Source: Candidatus Vogelbacteria bacterium (GTDB lineage: Bacteria; Patescibacteriota; Minisyncoccia; Phycocordibacterales; XYD1-FULL-46-19). From it: DNA of 46,104 nt. Where the stretch lies: the NCBI GenBank assembly GCA_023267075.1, contig JAHFNY010000003.1, forward strand, positions 1 through 46,104, read 5' to 3'. The notes under the pieces are model-generated. The model was not told the origin of the DNA, made no database searches, and saw only the letters and a program-made list of their open reading frames with translations. Every line of letters starts with the position of its first letter. The stretch's first letter is position 1. This document shows positions 1 through 8,338 of the stretch, in pieces. Made by a program: the position numbers and the translations under genes.

Positions 1-44
1 TCCTGATTTACCTCCTTCTTTTTACCAAAGTTAAATAAAGCCAT
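1..44 (-). CDS. 5' end of a CDS running off the window (MALFNFGKKKEVNQ...). Possibly the ATPase part of a split VirB4-like protein.
   Basis: ATG at 42-44 (minus strand) lies 4 nt after the TAA stop of the 49..681 ORF on the same strand. Only 14 codons are visible. Confidence 0.3.
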   Translation of the reverse strand, partial: MALFNFGKKKEVNQ

Positions 45-48
45 AAAA

Positions 49-681
49 TTATTTGATTGTGGGGACATCAGTCTCCCCCGGATTAAAGAGTTTAAAGTAG
101 AGCTCAACCAATTCCTCTGTCCCTAAAGGCGCGATGCGAATGCCAATGCGCGAGAGCCCTTGCTCCACCACTGAGACCCGTTGCTCCAATTGTGAGCGAT
201 ACTCCTCAAAGTTGTCGCCCTCGGTCGTCCCCTTCTTTTTCCCACTACTGGGTAAAATCCGACTTAATAAACCACTATTAACCGTAAAAATTGGTGGATC
301 ATACGGCACGACAATGAAAAAGGCCTTAGCCATAATATTGGTAGAGTCGGTGAAAGTTTTAATAAAATCAATATACTCTTTAGTCTGAATTTTAAGCAGG
401 TCGTTAGTCTGCTCTTTAACTCGCTCCTCTAAAATGCCAATATACGGCTTAATGTCTAACTTCCGTGATTGCATGAAAATCTGGAGACTAAAATCAAGCG
501 AGTTTAAGAAGCTTTGATATTGAGAGAGAATCGCCATTTGCTCGTCGGCTGACTTAAGGGAGAAGTTGAGGGAGGAAGCAATCATCACCATCCGCAAGCC
601 GCCATTCTTTAAAATAACTGTGCCGTCCCGAATCTCTTTAATCGGGAGGAAGTCTTGAGTAGTTTTAGCGTAGGTAGCCAT
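49..681 (-). CDS. VirB4/TrbE/TraE-like type IV secretion ATPase, N-terminal domain only (210 aa)
   Basis: TQDFLPIKEIRDGTVILKNGGLRMVMIASSLNFSLKSADEQ..ILSQYQSFLNSL fits the N-terminal domain pattern of Gram-positive VirB4-type ATPases. There is no Walker motif in this ORF. It sits directly downstream of a PrgI-like gene. Confidence 0.6.
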   Translation of the reverse strand: MATYAKTTQDFLPIKEIRDGTVILKNGGLRMVMIASSLNFSLKSADEQMAILSQYQSFLNSLDFSLQIFMQSRKLDIKPYIGILEERVKEQTNDLLKIQTKEYIDFIKTFTDSTNIMAKAFFIVVPYDPPIFTVNSGLLSRILPSSGKKKGTTEGDNFEEYRSQLEQRVSVVEQGLSRIGIRIAPLGTEELVELYFKLFNPGETDVPTIK

Positions 682-684
682 AGA

Positions 685-1089
685 TTATTTGGTGACATCT
701 TTAACGTCTAAGCTCCAGGAGAGGTCCTTTAATTTAGATTGAGATAGTTTGGGGACAATAATGCTGGCCTCGCGGGCCACTTGGGTGACGGGAGTATTCT
801 CGGGCTTTTTCTCTTCTTTCTGCCAGATGTAGAGCTTGGGAGCAATTTGATAACGGAAAGCCGTTTCTAAAAAGAGGACGAGGGGCCGATTATTGTATTG
901 ATAGAATGCCAGGGCTAGAGCAAGTCCCACCACAGCGAGAATGGGCACAATGGCGAGATAAAATGGCAAATAAGCGTATAAGATAAAGCCGAGCGCTCCC
1001 CCGCCGGCCAGATAAATAAATTGCCGGAAAGTTAAGGGGCCAAAGATTTTATCTTCTACCTCAATAAACTGAGGCACTTGGAAATTCAT
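685..1089 (-). CDS. PrgI/VirB3-like small membrane protein of Gram-positive-type T4SS
   Basis: MNFQVPQFIEVEDKIFGPLTFRQFIYL is followed by two hydrophobic helices, which is the PrgI-family layout. It is 3 nt upstream of the VirB4-like ORF. Confidence 0.6.
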   Translation of the reverse strand: MNFQVPQFIEVEDKIFGPLTFRQFIYLAGGGALGFILYAYLPFYLAIVPILAVVGLALALAFYQYNNRPLVLFLETAFRYQIAPKLYIWQKEEKKPENTPVTQVAREASIIVPKLSQSKLKDLSWSLDVKDVTK

Positions 1090-1117
1090 TACCCTATATT
1101 ATACCCCATTCTGTCGT

Positions 1118-1624
1118 TTATTCGATAGGTTCTTTATACGGATCGAAGTCTTTTTTAGGACGACTGGCTAGATCGGCCGGGGTTAGAACCGTTTTTTCCT
1201 TATTGGTGAGTGTTGGTTCAGTGGTTTTAGCCATGAAAGAGCTGATTGGTGATTCAGCTTTAACTTCTGGCGTTTCAGTAGTCCCCGGTTCAAGATGGTG
1301 GATTTTCTTCAATGAGTCCCGAATGGGGGTAAAGATTTGCTCATTCACCTCGGTGGCTACACTCCGGGCAAGCTCCGGGGTGAGCGCGAGCTCTTTAGCG
1401 AGCGCCGCGACGAAGTCTCGCGGCGCGAGAATCCCGAGCATCACCAATCCCACCTGCGTCCCCAACTCCCCCGTCTGATCAATATGGAGCTTATACTTTT
1501 TAGCAATCGCTTGGATTTTATTAGCCGAGTCTACAGAAGAAATAGCTTCCTTCACATTGTCGGGTAGGCTGGCGTATTTTACTTCTATGTCATTGTTTTG
1601 GTCTAAATTAGTCATAGTTACCAA
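1118..1624 (-). CDS. hypothetical protein (168 aa), in the T4SS-like operon
   Basis: Long ORF that overlaps the upstream 884-aa ORF by 7 nt. No recognisable family. Confidence 0.55.
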   Translation of the reverse strand: MVTMTNLDQNNDIEVKYASLPDNVKEAISSVDSANKIQAIAKKYKLHIDQTGELGTQVGLVMLGILAPRDFVAALAKELALTPELARSVATEVNEQIFTPIRDSLKKIHHLEPGTTETPEVKAESPISSFMAKTTEPTLTNKEKTVLTPADLASRPKKDFDPYKEPIE

Positions 1625-4272
1625 GATTGAACATGATTATAAACCTGTTGGCTAACAGAAGTATAATTATTATTAATTACCCCTTTTAATAACTGTTTTT
1701 GTCCAGCATTTAAGTTCCCACTAACTCTCTGTAATTGCGCTAGATCAAGATGAGCTAGGTTGTTGATAATCTGTTGGTTATTTAGATCTAAAAGATTGTT
1801 GCTAAACATTTGGTTAATTTCATTATCACTCATCTGACTAATCTCATTTCTAAATTGATCAGTTGATAAGCGACCAGACGTTAAGTTGCTTACTTTAGAA
1901 GCTAAGGCTGGCGTTACTGGGGGAGTATTGGTTCTTGCATTGGCATTTTGACGGAAGAATATTCCTCCAGGTGATGATCCTAAATAACTTTTAGCTGAAT
2001 TTGTACCCATAGTCTGTATTTTTTGACCAATAATTTGTCTATCTCCTCGGCTAAGCGTATTTTCTCTTTGAATTGCTGCCAAGTCATCACCACCAAGATG
2101 ACTAATCACTCGATCATTAGTTAGGGTTTCTTTCTTTAGTCCAGCAACTTCTTTGCTAGTTAATTTATGAAGTTCTGCTTCTAAATCTCCTTGACCACCA
2201 GCAAGAATTTTATCAATGTTTTCTGATACAGCTTTTATCTCAGCTATTCTTAGTTGTTCTTTTCTTAATTTCTCGAAGGTATCTTGTTTTTCCCCTTTCA
2301 GACCTTTAGTAAGATTATCTACTACCCCCTTATGTCTATTATCTATAGGCAGTTTAGAATGAAGATCAAATTTTTCTCGATCAGATAATTCACTAAAGGC
2401 TTTTTTCCTATCGGTTTCATTTAAGTTAGCTAAGTAACGAGCCTTGTCTTCTGGGGCTTTAAGGTTTCCAAGTAATTCTTTTTGCCTGTCTTGGCGTTTT
2501 TTCAGTCCTTCATCATAATTTGATTTAGCAATGCCAAATTTGGCTTGACCTCCATAACCAACTATCTGTCTTAAAGTACCACCAATTCTAGGTGACCGGC
2601 TTTCAATGTTTTTCATTAAGCTTGAATTGGCGATAGATCTTGAAGCTAAGCCAACAGTCCGAGTTAAAGCAAAACCAGCTCCTCCACCAACAACTGTGCC
2701 TAGGGCAAATGATTTTAATTTACTCCCTGCTTTGTGGGCTACTCCACTTCCAGCAGCCCCAATATTTTTAGCGGCAATAAATGAACCCAGCATCATGCCG
2801 TTAACAATAATGAAATAGACTAGAGTGACAACTCCAGCATGGCCCCCTGAGCTGGCAGCTATTTGGTCCCTTAAACTACCACCTGGTTCAAGTATGAAAG
2901 TTATAGTTATTAACATGAATAACATCATTACGGGAGCAAATAATGATTGGCTAATCAATTCTTTTAACCATCTTTGGGTATATTGACCTAAACCGGGGAC
3001 TGCTATACCTAAAAAGTAAACTGGCGAGGTTATAATTAGAATTATAAAAATTAGAGCCCTAGAAATTAATAACCAAGCCCCGGCTAACATTACGAAGGCA
3101 GTTATAAGAAATAGAATCATTTTTCCAAAAGCAGAAATAATTACCGTACCCATTCCAGAAGCAAAGTCACCCAAAGGATCAGCTTGAGCCAAAGTTACTC
3201 CAACATTCTCTAATTTCAAGGATTTAATAATTGCGGTAGTAAAATCACCCCCGCCAATAGTATTTATTTCATTATAAATTGGAATAGTGAAGATATTTGA
3301 TATATCTATTACTACTTTAGGTAAAATAGCACTAAAATTAACTAACAAAGCTACAATTATAATTTTAACTAATGCGGCTTTGGTATCTATCTTTATAACT
3401 GAATTTAAAACTGTACCAATGGCAATGTAAAGGAGAACAAAAATAAAAAATAAGTTACAGATATCCCTTACTATCCCCCAAGCGGCTCCAACCGCTTTCA
3501 TGCTCGCGAAGTAATAAAAATCAGTTATAGAAACTTTGGCTGCGACGTTAAAAATTGAATTAGCGAAGTAGGCAAGATAAGAAGATATCGAAGCCATTAA
3601 GTTACCAATCATCGCTATTAACTCTAAAGTACAACCAAACACACTAAAATTGGTTAAAGTACAAGACTGGGAACGTATGCGTTCAGCTTGGTCACTAGCA
3701 GCAAGACGAGTAGCTGTTTGTTCAGCGTGAGTATTTAATTCAGCCTGATTTTTCCTTTGGAGTTGATTTAATTCTTCTTGAGTGGCCCCGTTTTTTTGGG
3801 CTTGGAGTTCTTGAATTTTAAGATCAGCCGCATATAATTGTTGCCGGTATTTCTCTAAATCACTTTGGAGACTCGCGGTTTCTTGGCTCCATTTTTTTTG
3901 GGTTTGGCCAAAGAAATAATCATAGCCTATTTTACCTCCAATAGCTTGCGGACCGCCCACAGAAAGCCATGGTGAATTAAATACCGATTTAATTGAATCC
4001 CACCCACCACTAATAGTATTAGTAAAAGTTCCCCAGTAACCACTATTAGCTTCTATTTTAGCTGAAGTATCATCAATCGATTTATTTATTTGGTCTATTT
4101 GTTGTTGAAGAGTCTGGATTTGAGCATCTAGATTAGCGCTTGTGGTTGGGTCAACTGACTGGTTAGCCGCATAAGATAGAGAAGGTAGAACCAAAGACAA
4201 AATAAAACTGGCAAAAATTATATTTGTCGTTATTTTTTTGATCCACCCAGTTTTTTTGCCAAGAGAGAACAT
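1618..4272 (-). CDS. Polytopic membrane protein, TrbL/VirB6-like channel component, with an N-terminal coiled coil and a long hydrophilic C-terminal domain (884 aa)
   Basis: N-terminal signal/anchor, then a Q/L-rich coiled coil. A block of about 7-8 hydrophobic helices spans roughly residues 205-530, followed by a charged tail. Its position is in the operon with PrgI-like and VirB4-like genes. Confidence 0.6.
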   Translation of the reverse strand: MFSLGKKTGWIKKITTNIIFASFILSLVLPSLSYAANQSVDPTTSANLDAQIQTLQQQIDQINKSIDDTSAKIEANSGYWGTFTNTISGGWDSIKSVFNSPWLSVGGPQAIGGKIGYDYFFGQTQKKWSQETASLQSDLEKYRQQLYAADLKIQELQAQKNGATQEELNQLQRKNQAELNTHAEQTATRLAASDQAERIRSQSCTLTNFSVFGCTLELIAMIGNLMASISSYLAYFANSIFNVAAKVSITDFYYFASMKAVGAAWGIVRDICNLFFIFVLLYIAIGTVLNSVIKIDTKAALVKIIIVALLVNFSAILPKVVIDISNIFTIPIYNEINTIGGGDFTTAIIKSLKLENVGVTLAQADPLGDFASGMGTVIISAFGKMILFLITAFVMLAGAWLLISRALIFIILIITSPVYFLGIAVPGLGQYTQRWLKELISQSLFAPVMMLFMLITITFILEPGGSLRDQIAASSGGHAGVVTLVYFIIVNGMMLGSFIAAKNIGAAGSGVAHKAGSKLKSFALGTVVGGGAGFALTRTVGLASRSIANSSLMKNIESRSPRIGGTLRQIVGYGGQAKFGIAKSNYDEGLKKRQDRQKELLGNLKAPEDKARYLANLNETDRKKAFSELSDREKFDLHSKLPIDNRHKGVVDNLTKGLKGEKQDTFEKLRKEQLRIAEIKAVSENIDKILAGGQGDLEAELHKLTSKEVAGLKKETLTNDRVISHLGGDDLAAIQRENTLSRGDRQIIGQKIQTMGTNSAKSYLGSSPGGIFFRQNANARTNTPPVTPALASKVSNLTSGRLSTDQFRNEISQMSDNEINQMFSNNLLDLNNQQIINNLAHLDLAQLQRVSGNLNAGQKQLLKGVINNNYTSVSQQVYNHVQSW

Positions 4273-4273
4273 T

Positions 4274-6250
4274 TTATTGTTGAGGGGTTAAGTCACTGGT
4301 ACTGTGAGAACCGGAGAGCCAATCATAAACTGATTTAACAGCAGAATTAACTGAATTCATAATGGTGGAGCCGGAGAAAATATTTACAGAATCTGCACAC
4401 CCGGTGCCGTCGGAGGTTTTCTTCAAGCAATCTTTTTTAGGTAAAAATCCACCACCAGCAAGAGCTTCTTCTCTAGCATTTTGTTCAGCGGCGTCTTGTC
4501 TTAAGGCTAGTTCGTCCTTGCTGAACATGTAACTAGCATAAGGGTTGAGTGGACCTAGACCAGTTTTTTTAAGTAATCCCTGCCAGTATGATTCATTGTT
4601 ATTTTGTTGATTGGTGTTGTTGGTAGTGTTTTGTCCTGGGCCAACAACTGCTGATAGTAAGTAAGATGATATTCTTGTAGCAATATTGGGATTACTTTGA
4701 CCGGCCGTGTTGTTTGTATTTTGATCATCTTGATTGTCTGCTAAAGCTGCCGCTTCATCATCAGACAAGGTTGAGTTCATAATACCCTGTAATGATCCAG
4801 ATTGGTTGATTGTTAAAGCGGTTTTTACTTCAGAATCTGGCAATTCGTCATTAAACTTTTTAGCTTCATTTTGCCGGGCTTTATTAACGGTATCACCTAA
4901 GTTGGCTACTATTAATGGGTCGTTTTTACTGGGGTCAGAATTAGAATCATCAATTCCATAAGCATAGGCAAAAGTAGAATCATTTAGATTTTGCAATTTC
5001 TCACTAGAAATATCTCGTGCAATCCGGTCGGCAATTAAGGTTTGGAATTCCATGCGGCCCATGATGCCTTGGAGGTCGGCCATGCGGACGCAGTTGTCTA
5101 CCATTATTTTCTTCATTTCCTCAGAATTAAAGGCCGCCTGGTCGGTGAAGGTTCTAATCTGTCGTAAAGACACATCAGCATCGTAAGTATATTGAATTAT
5201 TGGTCCTGTTGGGAGAACATCATTTGGGCTACCGCCAGGATTGGGTGGATTATTGATGTTAAATAATTTATCTTCATACCCCCATTGATTATTTGGGTCA
5301 GTTGGGTACAAGGAACTATCAGCAAAGGGGTTAACATTACCGGTATTCATATTGGGATTATCTTTATTTGGAGTGATATTCATCTGCGGTACCAAATTCT
5401 CATCATAAACGATTCGATTAAAGATGTCGTAAGCCCCGGTGCTATTGTGGTTTAAATCAGCGTCATTGTAAGCGGCGTAGAACATGTATGGTAAGCAGTC
5501 GTTCATGTTGGCGGTTGAACAACCTGCCGTAGACACCATTTCTTTTGGATCATTATTCATTAATCCGTCGTTATCATTGTCGTCATCTAAAGATAGTCCG
5601 AGTTGGAACATTAATTGGCTGATGGACATAAAGCCATCCGGATATTGATTGGGAAAATTATCTTTGACGTATTTAACTAATGGATTGTAAGCGTTGGGGA
5701 CGCCAAAACCGTACCAGTCGTCGTAATTGCCTTTTAAGACAATGCCATCATTTGGATCGGAATCAACTCCTTTTGGGTTTGATTGAACCACGCTAGTACC
5801 TCCACCCTGAAACAAGCCATTAATTTTGCCGTCACCGTCGTAATCATTCCAAGCACCATTGCGAGACTGGAAGAAGTTGGGTTGTAGAAGTTTGCTCCAG
5901 ACGCCAGGTGGGGTATCTCCTCGGCCTTGTTTGATATAAGCATAAAGAAAATCGTTAACATCGGAAGAGCAAGAGATACGGTCATTTTCCCACTGTTGGG
6001 TTTTTACTTGCACATAGCCGGATAAAGCATCACCATATTGTTGGAATAGATCGTTAACGGTGGTGTTGGGTAAGTTAGAATCTAAGATATTTCGGACGGG
6101 TGAGTAAATAGCTTTATCTTGTTGGGGTAAGTAAGGATTTTTTAATTCTTGCTGGGAAGTTGGATTGGTTGATTGAGCTAGCACTAAAGTTGGTCCTAGC
6201 AATAAAGCCATAAAGATTTTCCGACCGTGATTTTTTAAAAATTCTTTCAT
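4274..6250 (-). CDS. Secreted Asn/Asp/Pro-rich protein with DxDxDG-type acidic motifs (658 aa)
   Basis: Signal-peptide-like N-terminus (KIFMALLLGPTLVLAQS). Acidic motifs DYDGDGKINGL, DSDPNDG and DDDNDNDGLMNNDP. The stop is 1 nt from the next ORF start. Confidence 0.6.
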   Translation of the reverse strand: MKEFLKNHGRKIFMALLLGPTLVLAQSTNPTSQQELKNPYLPQQDKAIYSPVRNILDSNLPNTTVNDLFQQYGDALSGYVQVKTQQWENDRISCSSDVNDFLYAYIKQGRGDTPPGVWSKLLQPNFFQSRNGAWNDYDGDGKINGLFQGGGTSVVQSNPKGVDSDPNDGIVLKGNYDDWYGFGVPNAYNPLVKYVKDNFPNQYPDGFMSISQLMFQLGLSLDDDNDNDGLMNNDPKEMVSTAGCSTANMNDCLPYMFYAAYNDADLNHNSTGAYDIFNRIVYDENLVPQMNITPNKDNPNMNTGNVNPFADSSLYPTDPNNQWGYEDKLFNINNPPNPGGSPNDVLPTGPIIQYTYDADVSLRQIRTFTDQAAFNSEEMKKIMVDNCVRMADLQGIMGRMEFQTLIADRIARDISSEKLQNLNDSTFAYAYGIDDSNSDPSKNDPLIVANLGDTVNKARQNEAKKFNDELPDSEVKTALTINQSGSLQGIMNSTLSDDEAAALADNQDDQNTNNTAGQSNPNIATRISSYLLSAVVGPGQNTTNNTNQQNNNESYWQGLLKKTGLGPLNPYASYMFSKDELALRQDAAEQNAREEALAGGGFLPKKDCLKKTSDGTGCADSVNIFSGSTIMNSVNSAVKSVYDWLSGSHSTSDLTPQQ

Positions 6251-6975
6251 TTTATATTGACGAAGATATTAATTCTATCTTTTTGGTCCAGGGTCACGCC
6301 CCACTTGGTGAAGTAATTGTTGAGGGTGCCGAGTTGGGAGTAAAAGTTGACGAGGGCCAGTTGATAGACTTGGCCGCTCTGGAGGGCAAGGAGGGGTTGG
6401 GTGCTCACCTGCTCCATATTCTTGGCGAGCGAGATAAGGACAGTCAGGTCATTGACCAGAGTTAAGTGGAGATCGGCGGCGTCAGCCGGCACTTTCACCG
6501 CGAGGAGATTCTTCTGCACGGTCTGGTGAAGGATCCGCGCCGCCTTGAGCTTGGCCACGAGGGTGGCATCTTGAGTGTCATAGGCTTGGCCGAGGACGGT
6601 GAGCTCATTCTCTCGCGGCGCGGCATACGGGGCGAGAGCGGTGGCGAGGGCGGGGCCATAAGCCACCACAGTGGAAGTGGCGGCGGAGACAATCTTCAGT
6701 GCCGAGCGCTTAATCGGTGTGGTCGAGCCGAGGGAAAAGCTAAACTCAGCCGGCTTGGTGCCACTCGCATAATTGGGGGCTAGGTTATTCTCAATTACCG
6801 CCTCACGGGCTGGCCAATTATTAACCAAGGTTGGTGGTAAATTGGCCGTACTACTGGCGGTATCAATAGTAATTGCCGGCACGGCTTCAGTAGTTGGTCT
6901 ACCCAACCACCAAAGCCACCCCACCACCACGAGAAAAAGGATGGCAAAAATGTAAATTACTTTTTTGCTTGGCAC
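6247..6975 (-). CDS. Membrane-anchored hypothetical protein (242 aa), first gene of the T4SS-like operon
   Basis: N-terminal TM (VIYIFAILFLVVVGWLWWL). 4-nt ATGA overlap with the downstream ORF. Confidence 0.6.
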   Translation of the reverse strand: MPSKKVIYIFAILFLVVVGWLWWLGRPTTEAVPAITIDTASSTANLPPTLVNNWPAREAVIENNLAPNYASGTKPAEFSFSLGSTTPIKRSALKIVSAATSTVVAYGPALATALAPYAAPRENELTVLGQAYDTQDATLVAKLKAARILHQTVQKNLLAVKVPADAADLHLTLVNDLTVLISLAKNMEQVSTQPLLALQSGQVYQLALVNFYSQLGTLNNYFTKWGVTLDQKDRINIFVNIK

Positions 6976-7021
6976 TCTTTAATTATAAACGATTATTGGG
7001 ATAAATTGGGGATAAAAACGG

Positions 7022-7534
7022 CTAGTTAGTGGATAAGAGGGCTTGGTGCCACTCTCCGGCCTTGATCTCCAGCACATATTTAGCCGCCTGGCTGGGGTAA
7101 AAGGTCCGTGGATAGGTGCTTGGACTCAAATTTTCTAACACATAAACCGGTTTAAAATTGGCATCAAACCAGATAATATCTAGGGGGAAGCGCATTTCCT
7201 TCATCCAGAAGCCCCACCGCCCGGGTTGAGAGAAGATAAAGAGCATGCCGGTGCTGGTGGCGAGTGCTGCCCGCCCCGACAGGCCTTGGGCTTGCTTCTC
7301 GGAGGTGTCAGCCAGTTCTAAATTAAATAAATTATTGTTGATAATTAGCTTGTCGGGGGCAATGCGGGCAATGACTGGCGTAGAACTGGCGCTTAAGTTG
7401 TTGTTGATTGAAGAAGTGTTGGGCAAAACCGCTTTGTACAAAGTAATCGCAAAAATGACGATTAAAAATAAAGCCGCAACCTTAAAAGTATTTTTAAGAT
7501 TATTTTTTAAATTATTTTGCATAAGGTAAGCCAA
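7022..7534 (-). CDS. DUF192-family protein
   Basis: QGLSGR...GMLFIF...FWMKEMRFPLDIIWFD...YVLEIKAG matches the DUF192 signature. The start may be the internal Met at 7522. Confidence 0.7.
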   Translation of the reverse strand: MAYLMQNNLKNNLKNTFKVAALFLIVIFAITLYKAVLPNTSSINNNLSASSTPVIARIAPDKLIINNNLFNLELADTSEKQAQGLSGRAALATSTGMLFIFSQPGRWGFWMKEMRFPLDIIWFDANFKPVYVLENLSPSTYPRTFYPSQAAKYVLEIKAGEWHQALLSTN

Positions 7535-8283
7535 TCGCTTAATTGTAAATCTTCCGCTCGTTTATCGCCATATTGGGCTAAAAGTTTGTCGTTCAAATTT
7601 AAATTATTTTTTAACTTCTTTCTTTTACTGCTGAAGCCTTGTTTTAAGCAAGAGAAAAATTCTTGTTCACTAATTTTATTTTCTAGAAAAAGCTTTTTAG
7701 AAATATTTTCTATTACCAAGATTGCTGAGTCAACGTTAGGCGCGGGTTGAAAGTTGCCCCGAGGTACTGTTTTAAGGTATTTAGGCGCACCATAGACTTT
7801 TACACTTAAAGATAAAACACTTTCTTTTTTATCGCGAGCTTGCCTGCCGATAGGCACGGCGACAATTCTCTCTGCTACTTCTTTCTGCAGCATTACTACC
7901 ATTAAACTGGGTTGATTGGGGGTGGTGAGAAACTTTTTTAAAAATTCACCAGTAATGTAGTAAGGTAAATTGGCGACAATCTTATAGGCTTCATTAATAA
8001 TAATGGGATCAAAGTCTAAAATATCGTGATGGATTATTTCTAACTTCCCACTTCTAATTTCTAATTCAAATTTTTCTTGCAATTCTTCAATTAATCGGTC
8101 ATCTTTCTCAATTGCCACCACGCGGGCGCCAGTCTTTAGTAATTCGGCGGTTAAAATCCCTTGGCCCGGACCCACTTCCACCACTCGTTCTCCCACACTA
8201 ATTTTAGCCGCTGCCACAATCTCCTTCACGATTTTCTCGTTCTTAAGCCAATTCTGCCCGAGAGATTTCTTTGCCTTTACCAT
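7507..8283 (-). CDS. rsmA: 16S rRNA (adenine1518/1519-N6) dimethyltransferase
   Basis: KSLGQNWLKNEKIV, the VVEVGPGQGILT SAM-binding motif, and NLPYYIT. Confidence 0.9.
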   Translation of the reverse strand: MVKAKKSLGQNWLKNEKIVKEIVAAAKISVGERVVEVGPGQGILTAELLKTGARVVAIEKDDRLIEELQEKFELEIRSGKLEIIHHDILDFDPIIINEAYKIVANLPYYITGEFLKKFLTTPNQPSLMVVMLQKEVAERIVAVPIGRQARDKKESVLSLSVKVYGAPKYLKTVPRGNFQPAPNVDSAILVIENISKKLFLENKISEQEFFSCLKQGFSSKRKKLKNNLNLNDKLLAQYGDKRAEDLQLSDWLTLCKII

Positions 8284-8338
8284 TGCCCAACTATACGTGG
8301 ATTAGCCGATTTTTGCCAACTTTGCTAGCATTTAAACT

